DNA of 64,000 nucleotides from positions 1-64,000 of the forward strand of contig JAJPCT020000022.1 of assembly GCA_021323375.2 (NCBI GenBank), written 5' to 3'. Both the position numbers and the translations under genes were made by a program. This DNA comes from Candidatus Wolframiiraptor gerlachensis (lineage in GTDB: Archaea; Thermoproteota; Nitrososphaeria_A; Caldarchaeales; Wolframiiraptoraceae). The notes under the pieces are model-generated. The model did not search any database and was not told the origin of the DNA. It was given only the letters and a program-made list of their open reading frames with translations. Below are positions 9,554 through 22,971 of this stretch, in pieces; positions within the stretch are counted from its first letter, which is position 1; each line of letters begins with the position of its first letter.

Positions 9554-11083
9554 ATGAGCGGTCTTAAGCTGAGAAGCCCAGTTTTCTCCGGGATATATCG
9601 TGAGTCTAATGGGGTATATGAATTTGCGACGTTTGTTGGTGGGAAGTGGATCTGGAAAGATGAGATGATTGATGTTAGGAGCCCGATAGATTTGAGTATT
9701 ATCGGCAGGGTGCCGAGGCTTGACTGGGATGATATAGACCGCGCACTTGACGTGGTTTACTCGGCTGGAAGATGGAGTATCAGGGACACTCCAGGCTGGA
9801 GGAGGCTTGAGCTCCTTGAGAGGCTGGCTGACCTCATGGAGGAGCATAGAGATGATCTCGTGGAATCCCTGATAATCAACTCGGGGAAGACGCGAGGCCA
9901 AGCCGTGGGGGAGGTTAATGCAAGCATAGATCGGCTAAGAAGAGCTGATCTGGACGCGAGGAAGATTTACGGGGAGTATATGCCGGGGGACTGGGATCCA
10001 ACAACCCTCGAGACAGAGGCCGTGGTCAGGCGCGAGCCCCTCGGAGTGGTCCTCGCGATAATTCCCTTCAATTATCCGCTCTTCGACGCGGTCTCCAAGT
10101 TCACCTATAGCGTGGTCGCGGGTAATGCGGTTGTGATCAAGCCGCCCTCAGCTGACCCGATTCCGATACTGTTATTTGCAAAGCTGGTTGAGGAATCTGG
10201 CTTCCCGAAGGAAGCATTCTCAGTCCTAACCATTCCAGGCAGGGAATCTGACAGGCTTATATCGGATTGGAGAATTCAGGCCATAAGCTTCACGGGTAGC
10301 AGTGGGACTGGGAGAAAGGTTATCCAGGCCGCAGGCATCAAGCAGTTTATAATGGAGCTGGGAGGCGGCGATCCAGCCATAGTCCTGCCCGATGCAGATC
10401 TGGACTTCGCCGCTGAGAGGGTCGCGGCTGGAATTTACAGCTATGCGGGCCAGAGATGCGATGCCATAAAACTAGTTCTCGTCGCGAATGATATCTACCA
10501 GGACTTCAGAGACAAGCTCGTTTCACAGCTATCGAGAGTTGTTGTCGGAGATCCGCGAGACGAAAAGACCACCATGGGGCCGCTGATAAGCCCTGAATCG
10601 GCAGACGAGATGATGAACAGTATTGAGGAGGCGGTTAAGGCCGGCGGCAGAATATTGTATGGTGGAAGGAAGCTGGGAGAGACGTATGTCGAGCCGACAT
10701 TAATCGAGATATTGGATAAAAACGTGCTGAAGGGTCTAAAGCTGTATAGGGAGGAGGTTTTTGCGCCAGTAGCACTGATAACAAGCTTCAGTAATCTTGA
10801 TGAGGCGATAGAGCTGGCTAATGGGAGAGCCTATGGCCTCGATGCCGCGATCTTCGGCTATAACATGGATCAGGTGAGGAAACTTGCGAGATTACTCGAA
10901 TTCGGCGCGATATACATTAATGATATGCCGAGGCATGGTGTAGGATACTATCCATTCGGCGGTAGAAAGGACTCGGGAATAGGCAGGGAGGGCGTGGGAT
11001 ATTCTATAGAATATGTAACTACATATAAGACAATAGTGTATAACTATAGGGAGAAAGGTGTGTGGAGATATTTGGCGGATTAG
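9554..11083 (+). CDS. gapN: non-phosphorylating glyceraldehyde-3-phosphate dehydrogenase (ALDH superfamily)
   Basis: PFNYPL, FTGS, MELGGGDP, YAGQRC and EEVFAP motifs; the GEYMPGDW segment is typical of archaeal GAPN. ATG at 9554 follows GAGGT. Confidence 0.85.
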   Translation: MSGLKLRSPVFSGIYRESNGVYEFATFVGGKWIWKDEMIDVRSPIDLSIIGRVPRLDWDDIDRALDVVYSAGRWSIRDTPGWRRLELLERLADLMEEHRDDLVESLIINSGKTRGQAVGEVNASIDRLRRADLDARKIYGEYMPGDWDPTTLETEAVVRREPLGVVLAIIPFNYPLFDAVSKFTYSVVAGNAVVIKPPSADPIPILLFAKLVEESGFPKEAFSVLTIPGRESDRLISDWRIQAISFTGSSGTGRKVIQAAGIKQFIMELGGGDPAIVLPDADLDFAAERVAAGIYSYAGQRCDAIKLVLVANDIYQDFRDKLVSQLSRVVVGDPRDEKTTMGPLISPESADEMMNSIEEAVKAGGRILYGGRKLGETYVEPTLIEILDKNVLKGLKLYREEVFAPVALITSFSNLDEAIELANGRAYGLDAAIFGYNMDQVRKLARLLEFGAIYINDMPRHGVGYYPFGGRKDSGIGREGVGYSIEYVTTYKTIVYNYREKGVWRYLAD

Positions 11084-11088
11084 CAGCC

Positions 11089-11646
11089 CTAGAAGCCGAC
11101 GTATCTATCCTTTGACACGTTGCAAATTGGGCACTTCTCCGGGGGCTCGTCTCCCACATAAGTGTGTCCGCAGACCGGACATATCCAGACCTTACCCTTC
11201 AGCGGCCAATCCTGTCCTTGATCCACATAACTCTTAGCTTCCCTATATAGCTGAGCGTGAATCTTCTCAGCTTCATATGCGTAGCGGAAGCTTTGCTCTG
11301 CACCTTTGAAGCCCTGGAACTTCGCTATCTCTATGTAGACGGGGTACATCTCATTAACCTCATACTCCTCCCCCATTATGCCAAGTTCCAAGTTCTTCGA
11401 GGTGTTACCCGGGCCCGCCGGGGTTCCCGCGGCCACCTTGAAATCCTCCTTATAATCCCTCAAATTATTGTAGTGATTCCTCGCGTGGACGAACTCTGCA
11501 TATGCCACTGCTCTAAAGAGCCTCGCGACATTCGGGAACTTCTCCCTCTCGGCGATATCCGCGAAAATAAAATACCTCATATGGGCCATGGACTCGCCGG
11601 CGAAGGCGCTTAAAAGCGCATCCCTAGTCATGGGCCTTACAGACAT
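11089..11646 (-). CDS. rbr: rubrerythrin
   Basis: AFAGES, ExxH diiron motifs and a C-terminal CPVCGH...CPIC rubredoxin domain. Confidence 0.93.
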   Translation of the reverse strand: MSVRPMTRDALLSAFAGESMAHMRYFIFADIAEREKFPNVARLFRAVAYAEFVHARNHYNNLRDYKEDFKVAAGTPAGPGNTSKNLELGIMGEEYEVNEMYPVYIEIAKFQGFKGAEQSFRYAYEAEKIHAQLYREAKSYVDQGQDWPLKGKVWICPVCGHTYVGDEPPEKCPICNVSKDRYVGF

Positions 11647-11679
11647 ACATCCTCACACAGTTATTATCTGTAAAAATGC

Positions 11680-11726
11680 TGTTATATAAAGAATTTTCAA
11701 AGAAGCCTCTTCAGAAAATTTTTAAG
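11680..11726. promoter_or_regulatory. back-to-back divergent BRE/TATA promoters (rbr versus the OFOR operon)
   Basis: GAAAA-TTTTTAAG on + and GAAAA-TTCTTTATAT on -, each roughly 25-40 nt before a start codon. Confidence 0.5.
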
Positions 11727-11748
11727 CATCGTATCCAATTATAGTGAC

Positions 11749-12057
11749 ATGGCTCGTAAAGAACCCCTCTGCTTGAAATGTTTCAAGTATTCCCCCCATC
11801 CGATCTATCCCTCGATAATGATCTGCGTGGAGGATAATACTGTGATCTCGATGCCTAAGGAGGAGTGCTCGGGCTATGTTGAGAGGGAGTTTGAGGTCCT
11901 TGTCAAGCTGCTGCTCGAGAGGGGGTTCCTCTATTGCGCCGACTGCCAGCAGCCAATCTACTCCCCTGATGAGTTGCGCCATCATGCGAAGGATAGAGTG
12001 ATGGCATCAATTCCACCGGATGAGGTGGCTTGCGAGGAATCTCCAGCAGCGGATTAG
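11749..12057 (+). CDS. small Cys/His-rich hypothetical protein at the head of the OFOR operon
   Basis: CLKC...CADC...HH; stop lies 10 nt before the OFOR alpha start. Confidence 0.65.
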   Translation: MARKEPLCLKCFKYSPHPIYPSIMICVEDNTVISMPKEECSGYVEREFEVLVKLLLERGFLYCADCQQPIYSPDELRHHAKDRVMASIPPDEVACEESPAAD

Positions 12058-12067
12058 GCGTGGGATT

Positions 12068-14915
<2,848 letters not shown>

Positions 14916-15043
14916 TTTAAATCCAGCCCGAGGGGGTGCAGGGGAATAGAAGCCGGCTAACGAGGCTTATACACCCCCCTTATTACATCCGAGATCTCCC
15001 ATTTTTGGCACAAAAATAAGAGGGGGGAGTGGATGGATTAGTT

Positions 15044-15790
15044 TTACGGCAGCGTGTAGCCACCGTCAATGATTATATTCTGGCCTGTTATGAAGCTCGA
15101 CTTATCACTCGCCAAGAAGAGCACCAAGTTTGCCACATCCTCCGGCTTTCCAAGCCTGCCTAGGGGTATTGCGTGCTTTAGCTGCTCTAGGGCTTCTTTA
15201 CCTAGTGATTGGAGAGCTGGGGTCTCAATCGGTCCTGGGGCTATAGAGTTCACGTTTATGCCATATTGGGCCACCTCAAGGGCCAGTGCCCTCGTGAATC
15301 CTGCTATCCCCGCCTTGCTCGCGGCATAATGAGCGGCATTTGGGAATCCAACTACGGAACCTATGGCGGATGATATGCTTATTATTTTGCCATACCTCTG
15401 CTCGATCATCTTCGGGAGAACAGCTCTGGTAAAGTTGAAGACTCCCTTAAGGTTTATGTCCAAGACCTTATCCCAGTCCTGCTCGCTCATAACCGCCAGC
15501 GGCTTGAAGGGCGCAATGCCCGCGTTGTTGACGAGGATGTCTATCCTGCCATACTTCTCCAACACCTGTCCCACAGCCTTATGAGCATCATCCCAGCTTG
15601 ATACATCACACTTGATGGCAAGGCCATCTCCACCCCGCCCCTTAATCTCCTCCAAAACATCGAATATCTTATCCGAGACATCTATCAGAGCAACCTTAGC
15701 GCCGCTGGCAGCCAACTGCAGGGCTATCTCCCTGCCTATCCCCTGCCCAGCCCCCGTCACTATCGCAACCTTACCATTCAGCTCGAACAT
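15044..15790 (-). CDS. 3-oxoacyl-ACP reductase-like SDR
   Basis: TGAGQGIG, NNAG and YAASK motifs. Confidence 0.9.
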   Translation of the reverse strand: MFELNGKVAIVTGAGQGIGREIALQLAASGAKVALIDVSDKIFDVLEEIKGRGGDGLAIKCDVSSWDDAHKAVGQVLEKYGRIDILVNNAGIAPFKPLAVMSEQDWDKVLDINLKGVFNFTRAVLPKMIEQRYGKIISISSAIGSVVGFPNAAHYAASKAGIAGFTRALALEVAQYGINVNSIAPGPIETPALQSLGKEALEQLKHAIPLGRLGKPEDVANLVLFLASDKSSFITGQNIIIDGGYTLP

Positions 15791-15900
15791 CACTTGTAAG
15801 ATAACAATGTCATAATTTAAGCATTCCTGCATAATCGTGAATGAAAAGATCAAAGCTTATATAGGGATTACGGAGTTATAATTTTGAAGGGTATTTCGCC

Positions 15901-16989
15901 TTGAGCTGTGGATGCGGTGTCCAGCATGGGCACGAGGGCGGAGGCGGGAGCTGCCATGTCTCTGCTCCTAGCCCTAGGAGGTGGTGTAGGGAGAGGCTCT
16001 TCGTAGTAGCTCTAGGCCTATTTGGTCTCTATATTGCTCATATTGTTCTGGATTATTTCGGCGTATCGGTTTTGGGCGGCCTATTCTCGGCACTTTATGA
16101 ATATGCTGGGATGATTTGGCTCCCGATGACTATTGGGCTGCTTGTAGGGGGTCTGATCGACCGATTTGTTCCATCCGAGTATATTTGGAGGGTTCTCGCC
16201 CAGCATAGGAGGAGAAGCATATTCTATTCAGTTGGATTGGGGTTCTTGGCTTCAGCCTGTTCTCACGGCATTCTCGCAATATCTATGGAGCTTTATAGGA
16301 AAGGTGCATCAACCCCAGCTGTTATATCCTTCCTTCTAGCCTCGCCATGGGCAAATATGCCGATCACAATACTGCTACTCGGCTTCTTCGGCGTCAAGGC
16401 TCTAATATTCATATTCACAGCAATACTCATCGCCATAGTGACTGGACTGCTTTACCAAGTGCTGGATAGAGCCGGTTTGGTGGAGCGCAATACTCATAGT
16501 GCCGTCCCCGAAAATAATTTCCCGCTCCTAGACGATATTAAGTCCCGGTGGCGCGCATATGACTTTAGGGCTAGGAGGCTAGTCAGCGACCTGATAGGAA
16601 TTCTTAGGAGCTCTTGGGAGCTGGCGAGGATGATCCTCTGGTGGATTGTCATCGGCATGCTCATCGCGGCGGCCATAAGCGCCTACATCCCAACGGAGAT
16701 ATTTATGAACCACATGGGCCCAACCTTGTCCGGCTTACTAGCGACATTGATCTTCGCTACGATCATAGAGATCTGCTCTGAGGGAACCTCACCGGTCGCG
16801 CTTGAGATATATAGGCAGACTGGCGCATTCGGGAACGCGCTAGTATTCTTGATGGCCGGTGTGGCGACAGACTATACGGAGATTGGGTTAATCTGGTCTA
16901 ATATAGGGAAGAGGGCAGCTCTATTGTTACCAGTAATAACGGTCCCCCAGATAGTGATAATCGGATATTTTCTGAACATGATTCTGTAA
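15901..16989 (+). CDS. DUF318/ArsP-like permease with a Cys/His-rich N-terminus
   Basis: Multiple transmembrane segments; ACSHG, FLLASP and ICSEG motifs. Confidence 0.8.
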   Translation: MSCGCGVQHGHEGGGGSCHVSAPSPRRWCRERLFVVALGLFGLYIAHIVLDYFGVSVLGGLFSALYEYAGMIWLPMTIGLLVGGLIDRFVPSEYIWRVLAQHRRRSIFYSVGLGFLASACSHGILAISMELYRKGASTPAVISFLLASPWANMPITILLLGFFGVKALIFIFTAILIAIVTGLLYQVLDRAGLVERNTHSAVPENNFPLLDDIKSRWRAYDFRARRLVSDLIGILRSSWELARMILWWIVIGMLIAAAISAYIPTEIFMNHMGPTLSGLLATLIFATIIEICSEGTSPVALEIYRQTGAFGNALVFLMAGVATDYTEIGLIWSNIGKRAALLLPVITVPQIVIIGYFLNMIL

Positions 16990-17077
16990 ATTTCTAGAAG
17001 CTTGGATGAGGCTTAACCCGAGTTATCAATAGCTCTTTGTCAAAATTTTATATCAGCCCACTACTCCTTATTCGCGC

Positions 17078-18019
17078 ATGAGCTCCCAGAATGAATACGA
17101 TGTGATTATCATAGGTTCTGGGCCTGCTGGTTGTACTGCCGCGATCTACACATCTAGGGCTGGCCTAAGGACCCTTGTGATGGGCGGCGTAACTCCCGGC
17201 GGCCAGCTCATGAAGACCACGCTAGTCGAGAACTTCCCAGGGTTCTCGAATGGTATTAGGGGGCCGGATCTGATGATGGAGATGATGAAGCAGGCCGAGG
17301 GATTTGGCGCTGAGATAATCTATAGGAATGCCACGCGTGTGGACTTTTCATCCCACCCGCTCAAGGTCTTCGCCGACGACGAGGAATACTCCGCGCTATC
17401 CGTCATAATAGCGACTGGTGCTAAGCCTAAGATGCTTGGATTGGAGTCTGAGCAGAGGCTTATGGGTAGGGGCGTCTCGACCTGCGCGACATGTGATGCC
17501 CCGCTATATAAGGGCGCCAAGAACCTCGTAGTGGTGGGAGGTGGTGATAGCGCCGCTGAATATGCCCTCTTCTGCGCAAAGATAGCGGAGAGAGTGACCA
17601 TGATACATAGAAGGGATAGGCTCAGAGCCTCAAGAATTCTGCAGGATAGGCTATTCTCAGAGCCGAAGATAATGATACTCTGGAGTAGCATCGTCGAGGA
17701 TATTATTGGTGAGGATAGGGTTGAGGGGGTGCTTGTGAGAAACCTTGTTAATGGTGAGCTGAGTAGAATAGACTGTGAAGCGGTTTTCATAGCGATAGGG
17801 CATAAGCCCGAGACCGAGATCTTCCGAGGCTGGCTCGAGATGGATGATGAGGGCTACATAATTACAAGAGATTTCGTCAAGACTAGTATCGAAGGGGTCT
17901 TCGCCGCTGGTGAGGTAATGGATAAGAGGTATAGGCAAGCCATAACATCAGCTGGATTCGGGTGTATGGCCGCATTAGAGGCGATAAAGTACGTGGAAAT
18001 GATTAGAGGCTCTAAATAG
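17078..18019 (+). CDS. trxB: thioredoxin reductase
   Basis: GSGPAG, CATCD, GGGDSA and HRRD motifs. Confidence 0.95.
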   Translation: MSSQNEYDVIIIGSGPAGCTAAIYTSRAGLRTLVMGGVTPGGQLMKTTLVENFPGFSNGIRGPDLMMEMMKQAEGFGAEIIYRNATRVDFSSHPLKVFADDEEYSALSVIIATGAKPKMLGLESEQRLMGRGVSTCATCDAPLYKGAKNLVVVGGGDSAAEYALFCAKIAERVTMIHRRDRLRASRILQDRLFSEPKIMILWSSIVEDIIGEDRVEGVLVRNLVNGELSRIDCEAVFIAIGHKPETEIFRGWLEMDDEGYIITRDFVKTSIEGVFAAGEVMDKRYRQAITSAGFGCMAALEAIKYVEMIRGSK

Positions 18020-18067
18020 AACGGTCAACCTACTCATGCCTCTAGTTTATGTAATGATAACTGGATT

Positions 18068-19018
18068 CTAGCCCTCCTCTTCCACGGCTATTGGCACTTC
18101 TAAGTTGAAGGCCTTGTAATCCCTTATTATCTTGAGCCTAATCATCCCCCTTTCCATGTATTCCTCCAAGATCTTTCTTAAATCACCTACCTTACGAACT
18201 GAATGACCCATCGCCTCGATGATAATGTCCCCCTCCCTGATCCCACTTAGATATGCTGGACTTCCCCTGAGAACTCTTACGACTAGAAGACCCTCTGATG
18301 TCTTGAGTGAAAGGTATCTAGCGATATGTTCTCCCAAGGGTATGGTTATTACTCCGATCCACGGTCTTAGGGCTTTTCCATATCTCGAGAAAATCTCCAT
18401 AAACCTTTTTATCGTGTTTATTGGTATCGCGAAGCCTATTCCCTGTGCGTATGGTATCATAGCTGTGGTCATGCCTATGACCTCGCCCCTCATATTGAGG
18501 AGCGGGCCGCCGCTATTGCCCGGATTTATCGCGGCATCCGTCTGGATCAGGTCCTCCAAGATGAAGCCCTCGCCCTCAATAGTCCTACCAACGGCGCTCA
18601 CTACACCGAGGCTGACATTTGGTCCAAGAAGACCCAAAGGGCTGCCGATGGCAAGAACGAGCTCGCCAACCCTAATGCTATCCGAGTCGCCGAGTTTTAG
18701 GGGCTTAAGCTCGTCCTCCATGACTCTTAAGAGCGCTACATCGCGTGATGGAGATCGAGTTACAACAACACCCTCAAACCTCCTCCCACCTATTAAGACT
18801 TCTATAGAACCAGTCTCAGAGACTACATGATTATTGGTTACAAGATATCCATCATGCGAGATCACGAAAGCGGACCCGACACCCCTGACTGGGACAGGCC
18901 TTAGGAAGGCATCCATCCTTATCCCAGCAACTATCACGCTGGCAACACTATCCCACGAGTCTTCAACAAGCTTACTAATCTCATTCGAAAGCGGTTCTAG
19001 TAAATTCTCTTTCATCAA
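18068..19018 (-). CDS. HtrA/DegP-like serine protease with a PDZ domain
   Basis: TNNHV and QTDAAINPGNSGGP motifs; C-terminal PDZ (GSPAY..GI..GD). Confidence 0.93.
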   Translation of the reverse strand: MMKENLLEPLSNEISKLVEDSWDSVASVIVAGIRMDAFLRPVPVRGVGSAFVISHDGYLVTNNHVVSETGSIEVLIGGRRFEGVVVTRSPSRDVALLRVMEDELKPLKLGDSDSIRVGELVLAIGSPLGLLGPNVSLGVVSAVGRTIEGEGFILEDLIQTDAAINPGNSGGPLLNMRGEVIGMTTAMIPYAQGIGFAIPINTIKRFMEIFSRYGKALRPWIGVITIPLGEHIARYLSLKTSEGLLVVRVLRGSPAYLSGIREGDIIIEAMGHSVRKVGDLRKILEEYMERGMIRLKIIRDYKAFNLEVPIAVEEEG

Positions 19019-19065
19019 AGTAAAAATAAATTAGGCTGTATAAAAACTGGTTCTTCAGCTATGAC

Positions 19066-20505
19066 TCAATAACGTATCTTTATGTGTTTTGGCTCAAGAT
19101 ATTGCATCAAGCCGCTTCTCCCCAGATCATGACCCAGCCCACTCTGCTTCCAAGCCGGGTATGGAGCCTCAACGGAGGTAACGTCAACGTTGTTCACTCC
19201 AACGCTCCCGAACTCAAGCCTTTGAGCGACATCACGCGCAAGCTTAAGACTATTAGTATATACATACGCCACTAGACCGTATTCTGTCTGGTTAGCCCAT
19301 TCTATCGCATAATCGGTTGATTCAAATGGCATTACACCTACCACAGGCCCAAATGTTTCTTCCCTCATGACTTTCATCTCGTGATTCACATTAACCAATA
19401 TTGTTGGCTCATACCAGTAACCCTTAAGAAATAACTCACCCTCCGGTCTTTTGCCGCCACAGAGTACTTTAGCACCCTTGCTAACCGCGTCATTAACATG
19501 GTCTATTACTTTGCTCAAGGCTTCTTTATTGGACATCGGGCCTAGATCTGTGCTTGGATCAAATGGATCTCCGATTTTGAGTTTCTTGGTTTCTTCCACG
19601 AACTTCTCAACGAATTCGGCGTATATGCTTTTCTGCACGTATATTCTGTTGATGGAGTTGCATATCTGGCCCATGTTCCTGAATGATCTCCTAACAGCTC
19701 CCTTGACGGCCAAGTCTAGGTCGGCATCTGCGAATACTATCATCGGGGTCTGATTACCTAGCTCGAGAGTTAGCCTCTTCAAGCCTCGTGATGCGAGTGC
19801 CATTATCCTCCTGCCAACCTCGGTTGAGCCGGTGAAAGTCACCTTCCTAACAAGTGGATGCGATACGAGGGCTTCACCCACATCCTTGCCAGATCCTGTG
19901 ACTATATTAATCACACCTCTTGGGACTCCGGCCTCGGCGAAGCATTCCACGAATTTTATGGGTGATATGGGTGTATATGATGACGGCTTCGCGACAATCG
20001 TGCATCCAGCGGCTAGCGCTGCCCCAATCTTCCAAGATAATAGCTGGACTGGATAATTCCATGGTGTTATAGACGCCACCACACCAACCGGCTGCCATAT
20101 GACAATACTATCATGATCTTTATCTGGTAGGGGGATGACTTGGCCATAAACCCTGAAAATCTCCTCGGTGAAGTATCTTAGAGCATAAGCGGCATTCAAA
20201 ACCTCGTTTAATGCTTGTTTTATGGGCTTCCCCTGTTCCATTGTCAGATATCTCGCTATCTCTTCTGCACGCTTCTCAACGATGTCCGCAACCTTGTGCA
20301 GAAGGCTTCTGCGATCATTCAAGGAGCTCTCAGACCATTCCCTAAATGCCCTATAAGCGGCCTGAACTGCACGATCCACGTCCGCTGGGCCGCAGGAGGA
20401 AACCTCCGCGAAAACCTCTTCCGTCGCCGGATTCACAACCCCGAAATAACCTCCATCACTAGCTCCAACCCATTCTCCATCTATGAACATAAGAAAGCGC
20501 TCCAT
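19066..20505 (-). CDS. NAD(P)-dependent aldehyde dehydrogenase (SSADH-like)
   Basis: PWNYP, FTGST, LELG, GQIC and EETFGP motifs. Confidence 0.92.
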   Translation of the reverse strand: MERFLMFIDGEWVGASDGGYFGVVNPATEEVFAEVSSCGPADVDRAVQAAYRAFREWSESSLNDRRSLLHKVADIVEKRAEEIARYLTMEQGKPIKQALNEVLNAAYALRYFTEEIFRVYGQVIPLPDKDHDSIVIWQPVGVVASITPWNYPVQLLSWKIGAALAAGCTIVAKPSSYTPISPIKFVECFAEAGVPRGVINIVTGSGKDVGEALVSHPLVRKVTFTGSTEVGRRIMALASRGLKRLTLELGNQTPMIVFADADLDLAVKGAVRRSFRNMGQICNSINRIYVQKSIYAEFVEKFVEETKKLKIGDPFDPSTDLGPMSNKEALSKVIDHVNDAVSKGAKVLCGGKRPEGELFLKGYWYEPTILVNVNHEMKVMREETFGPVVGVMPFESTDYAIEWANQTEYGLVAYVYTNSLKLARDVAQRLEFGSVGVNNVDVTSVEAPYPAWKQSGLGHDLGRSGLMQYLEPKHIKIRY

Positions 20506-20528
20506 GAGCTCACCTCGATATGACTGTG

Positions 20529-20921
20529 TTATGACATGCTAATAAATATTGTGGGGCATAGACTACAGTGTAGGATGTCTATTTCCGGATCGAGCTTCTT
20601 GTGATATGCGCAGAAGTATTTCTTAGATAGAATGTAGGCGGTTATCTTCACTATCTTCTCCTGAATCTGGTTCTCGTCGAGCTCGTTTGCCATTATCTTG
20701 GTGGCAAGCTCCTCGATCATACGTGTAACATCGCCGAATCTTGTAAGCCTTATGCCAGCGCCCCTCTCGGACTTTATGTATCTCGTGATCGCCGAGCGTG
20801 ATAGGCCAAGGATCCTAGCGGCATCTGCCCTCAACATCCCCCTCATGACAAGCTCTTTCGCTAGGTGTCGCCTGATAGATGGTACGATGTATCTCGTGGC
20901 TAGCTCGAATACATCCCTCAT
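20529..20921 (-). CDS. HTH transcriptional regulator with a C-terminal CxxH...CxxC motif
   Basis: AARILGLSRSAITRY...RG helix-turn-helix; FCAYH...CSLC. Confidence 0.75.
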   Translation of the reverse strand: MRDVFELATRYIVPSIRRHLAKELVMRGMLRADAARILGLSRSAITRYIKSERGAGIRLTRFGDVTRMIEELATKIMANELDENQIQEKIVKITAYILSKKYFCAYHKKLDPEIDILHCSLCPTIFISMS

Positions 20922-20923
20922 GT

Positions 20924-22246
20924 CTATAACACCAAGATCTTCTTTCTAACCTCCTCCGGGTTGTTTATTATGTCCGTGAAGTCCTCGACTATCTCGACTG
21001 TTCCGAGGAGCTTGTTCTCCTCATTCTTCACGCCGACTATCAGGACCCTAACTATCCTGCCGCCAATTTTGGTCCAGAACTCCCTGTAATTGGCCTCGCC
21101 CATCTTTATATCATCAACAACTTTCCTGACTGCGGGCTCAAGCCTAGGCGGATGACAGTATTCAAGCCTCCTGCCGAGTATCGTTTTAGTTCTAACAAAC
21201 CTCTGATGGAAAATGCTCTCCGTGAAGAATCTGACCCGATCATCAGTATTAGCATAGGTGATCTCTAGCGGGAGGGATCTGAAGAGGGCCCTTACCTCCT
21301 CAAGGCTCAGAAATCCAGTCCCCAAGTCCAGATCATCCTTGGAGCGGACCTCATATGTGTCCGGCTGGACGCCATGTGAGAGCGCCATGGACCTGAACTC
21401 CTGCGGGAGCCTCTGAACCTGCTCCGGCGTTATCTCGGCCTTCAGCTGGTATGGTAGGATTGGCTCAGCATCCGTGCTCCACTTCTCCTTAACTTCTACT
21501 AGGTAGCCGAGGTCATCTGCTATATCCGCTATCGCGGCCCATTCGCCCTCGGTGAACAGTGCCCAGACCGCTGGGAAGAGGATCTTATTCTCCCTAAATA
21601 CAAGCTCGGATGCTTCTCGCGCGATCTCTAGGGCGCGGTTGGCCAGCTCATTTGCCCGCGATCTATCGAAATCGGTCTCAACCTTCTGGATAGCATCTAG
21701 GAGCCCTCGAAGCTTGACCCTGACCTGATCCTCCCTCCCCCACATTACTCTCGGAACGGCCACTATTCCCCTCCTCTCAAGATATGGGAATAAGAGCATC
21801 TGGATCTTCCGGTAATGTAGCCTGATCTTCGCCAGCTCGAGCGCAACCTGCTTAAGGTCGGCAAGAGCCCCTTTAGCCTCATCATCGCTCCCGGCCCTCA
21901 GCACCTTGGAGGCGTGTAGGCCTAGGGCATCAGCCTGCTTCAATATCCACTCATTCTCCCTTATAAGTAGGTCGAGGGGATGGCCCCTTGGAACGCCCTC
22001 AAGCTCCCTAGCGACAAGATATTCCCTGAACAGCTCGACGTGAAGATCACATAGCCTCAGTATATCCTCGATCTTAACGCCCTCCATAACAAGCTGCTGC
22101 TCGATCAAGGGGATATCAAAGGGGGATATCTGAGACAGGACGGCGCCGAACTCCCTTTTCAGCCTATCAATGCTCTCCCCGGCATGTAGTGCCTTAAGGA
22201 TCATCTTGACAGCTTCCACCTTATCTGGAGGTACCTTTGTTGACAC
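20924..22246 (-). CDS. DUF438 / hemerythrin-like / PAS domain protein
   Basis: LCDLHV, GHPL...EN, HYRK..LLFPYLE, VMW, ENKILFP and CHPP motifs. Confidence 0.85.
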   Translation of the reverse strand: MSTKVPPDKVEAVKMILKALHAGESIDRLKREFGAVLSQISPFDIPLIEQQLVMEGVKIEDILRLCDLHVELFREYLVARELEGVPRGHPLDLLIRENEWILKQADALGLHASKVLRAGSDDEAKGALADLKQVALELAKIRLHYRKIQMLLFPYLERRGIVAVPRVMWGREDQVRVKLRGLLDAIQKVETDFDRSRANELANRALEIAREASELVFRENKILFPAVWALFTEGEWAAIADIADDLGYLVEVKEKWSTDAEPILPYQLKAEITPEQVQRLPQEFRSMALSHGVQPDTYEVRSKDDLDLGTGFLSLEEVRALFRSLPLEITYANTDDRVRFFTESIFHQRFVRTKTILGRRLEYCHPPRLEPAVRKVVDDIKMGEANYREFWTKIGGRIVRVLIVGVKNEENKLLGTVEIVEDFTDIINNPEEVRKKILVL

Positions 22247-22371
22247 GCGTCAACACCTCAACGTATATTTATAAACAGCACCTAATAAATGTTTTCCGCA
22301 CCAAAGGTCCTTAAGATCGCCATGCATAAAATCTCTATAAAAGGGATAAACCGCTAATTTTGGCTCGAGAA

Positions 22372-22915
22372 ATGAATGTTCATAAGGCAATCGAGATAAG
22401 GAGATCCTATAGGGCTATTGAGCCGATTGAAATGTCTGATGATCTAATTGAGGGCTTGGCTTATCATGCCTCGCGCCCTCCTACATAATAATCAGCTATG
22501 GAGATTCGCTTTCATTAGGAGTAGAGAGAAGCTTGAGCGAATTTATAATGCGCTCTCGCCAGGTAATAACTGGGCTAGGAGCTCGTCCCTGATAATAGCT
22601 GTCTACTCTAAGCGCGAATACGATTGCATCATCCGCGATAGGGAATACTACTTGTTCGATACCGGGATAGCTGTAGGCTTCATGATTCTGAGAGCCGCAG
22701 AGCCCGGGCTTGTAGCTCACATAATAGCTGGATACAATTCAGAGATGATCAAAAAGGAGCTCAACCTGCTGGAAGATGTTAACCTGATAGTCCTTATAAT
22801 CATGGGCAGGCACTCGGAGAGGTTGATAGAAAAGCTCCCGCCACCCCAAAGGGAAAGAGAGGAGAGGCGCCCTCCTAGAAAGAGTTTCAACGAAATCGCT
22901 AAAATCATAAAATAA
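22372..22915 (+). pseudogene. nitroreductase family, frameshifted
   Basis: ATG 22372 gives MNVHKAIEIRRSYR...LAYHAS, then a frameshift near 22475 into NNQLWRF...DTG; the expected APS..N.QPW motif is disrupted. Confidence 0.75.
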
Positions 22916-22971
22916 TAAATAGAAATAAAATAAGGTGGGATTTCTAATCCGCGTCTAGCCAATCTGGAGCC

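Noticed and set aside
11692-11720. Inverted repeat AATTTTC...GAAAATT as an operator
   Set aside because: The symmetry is explained by two back-to-back BRE/TATA elements.
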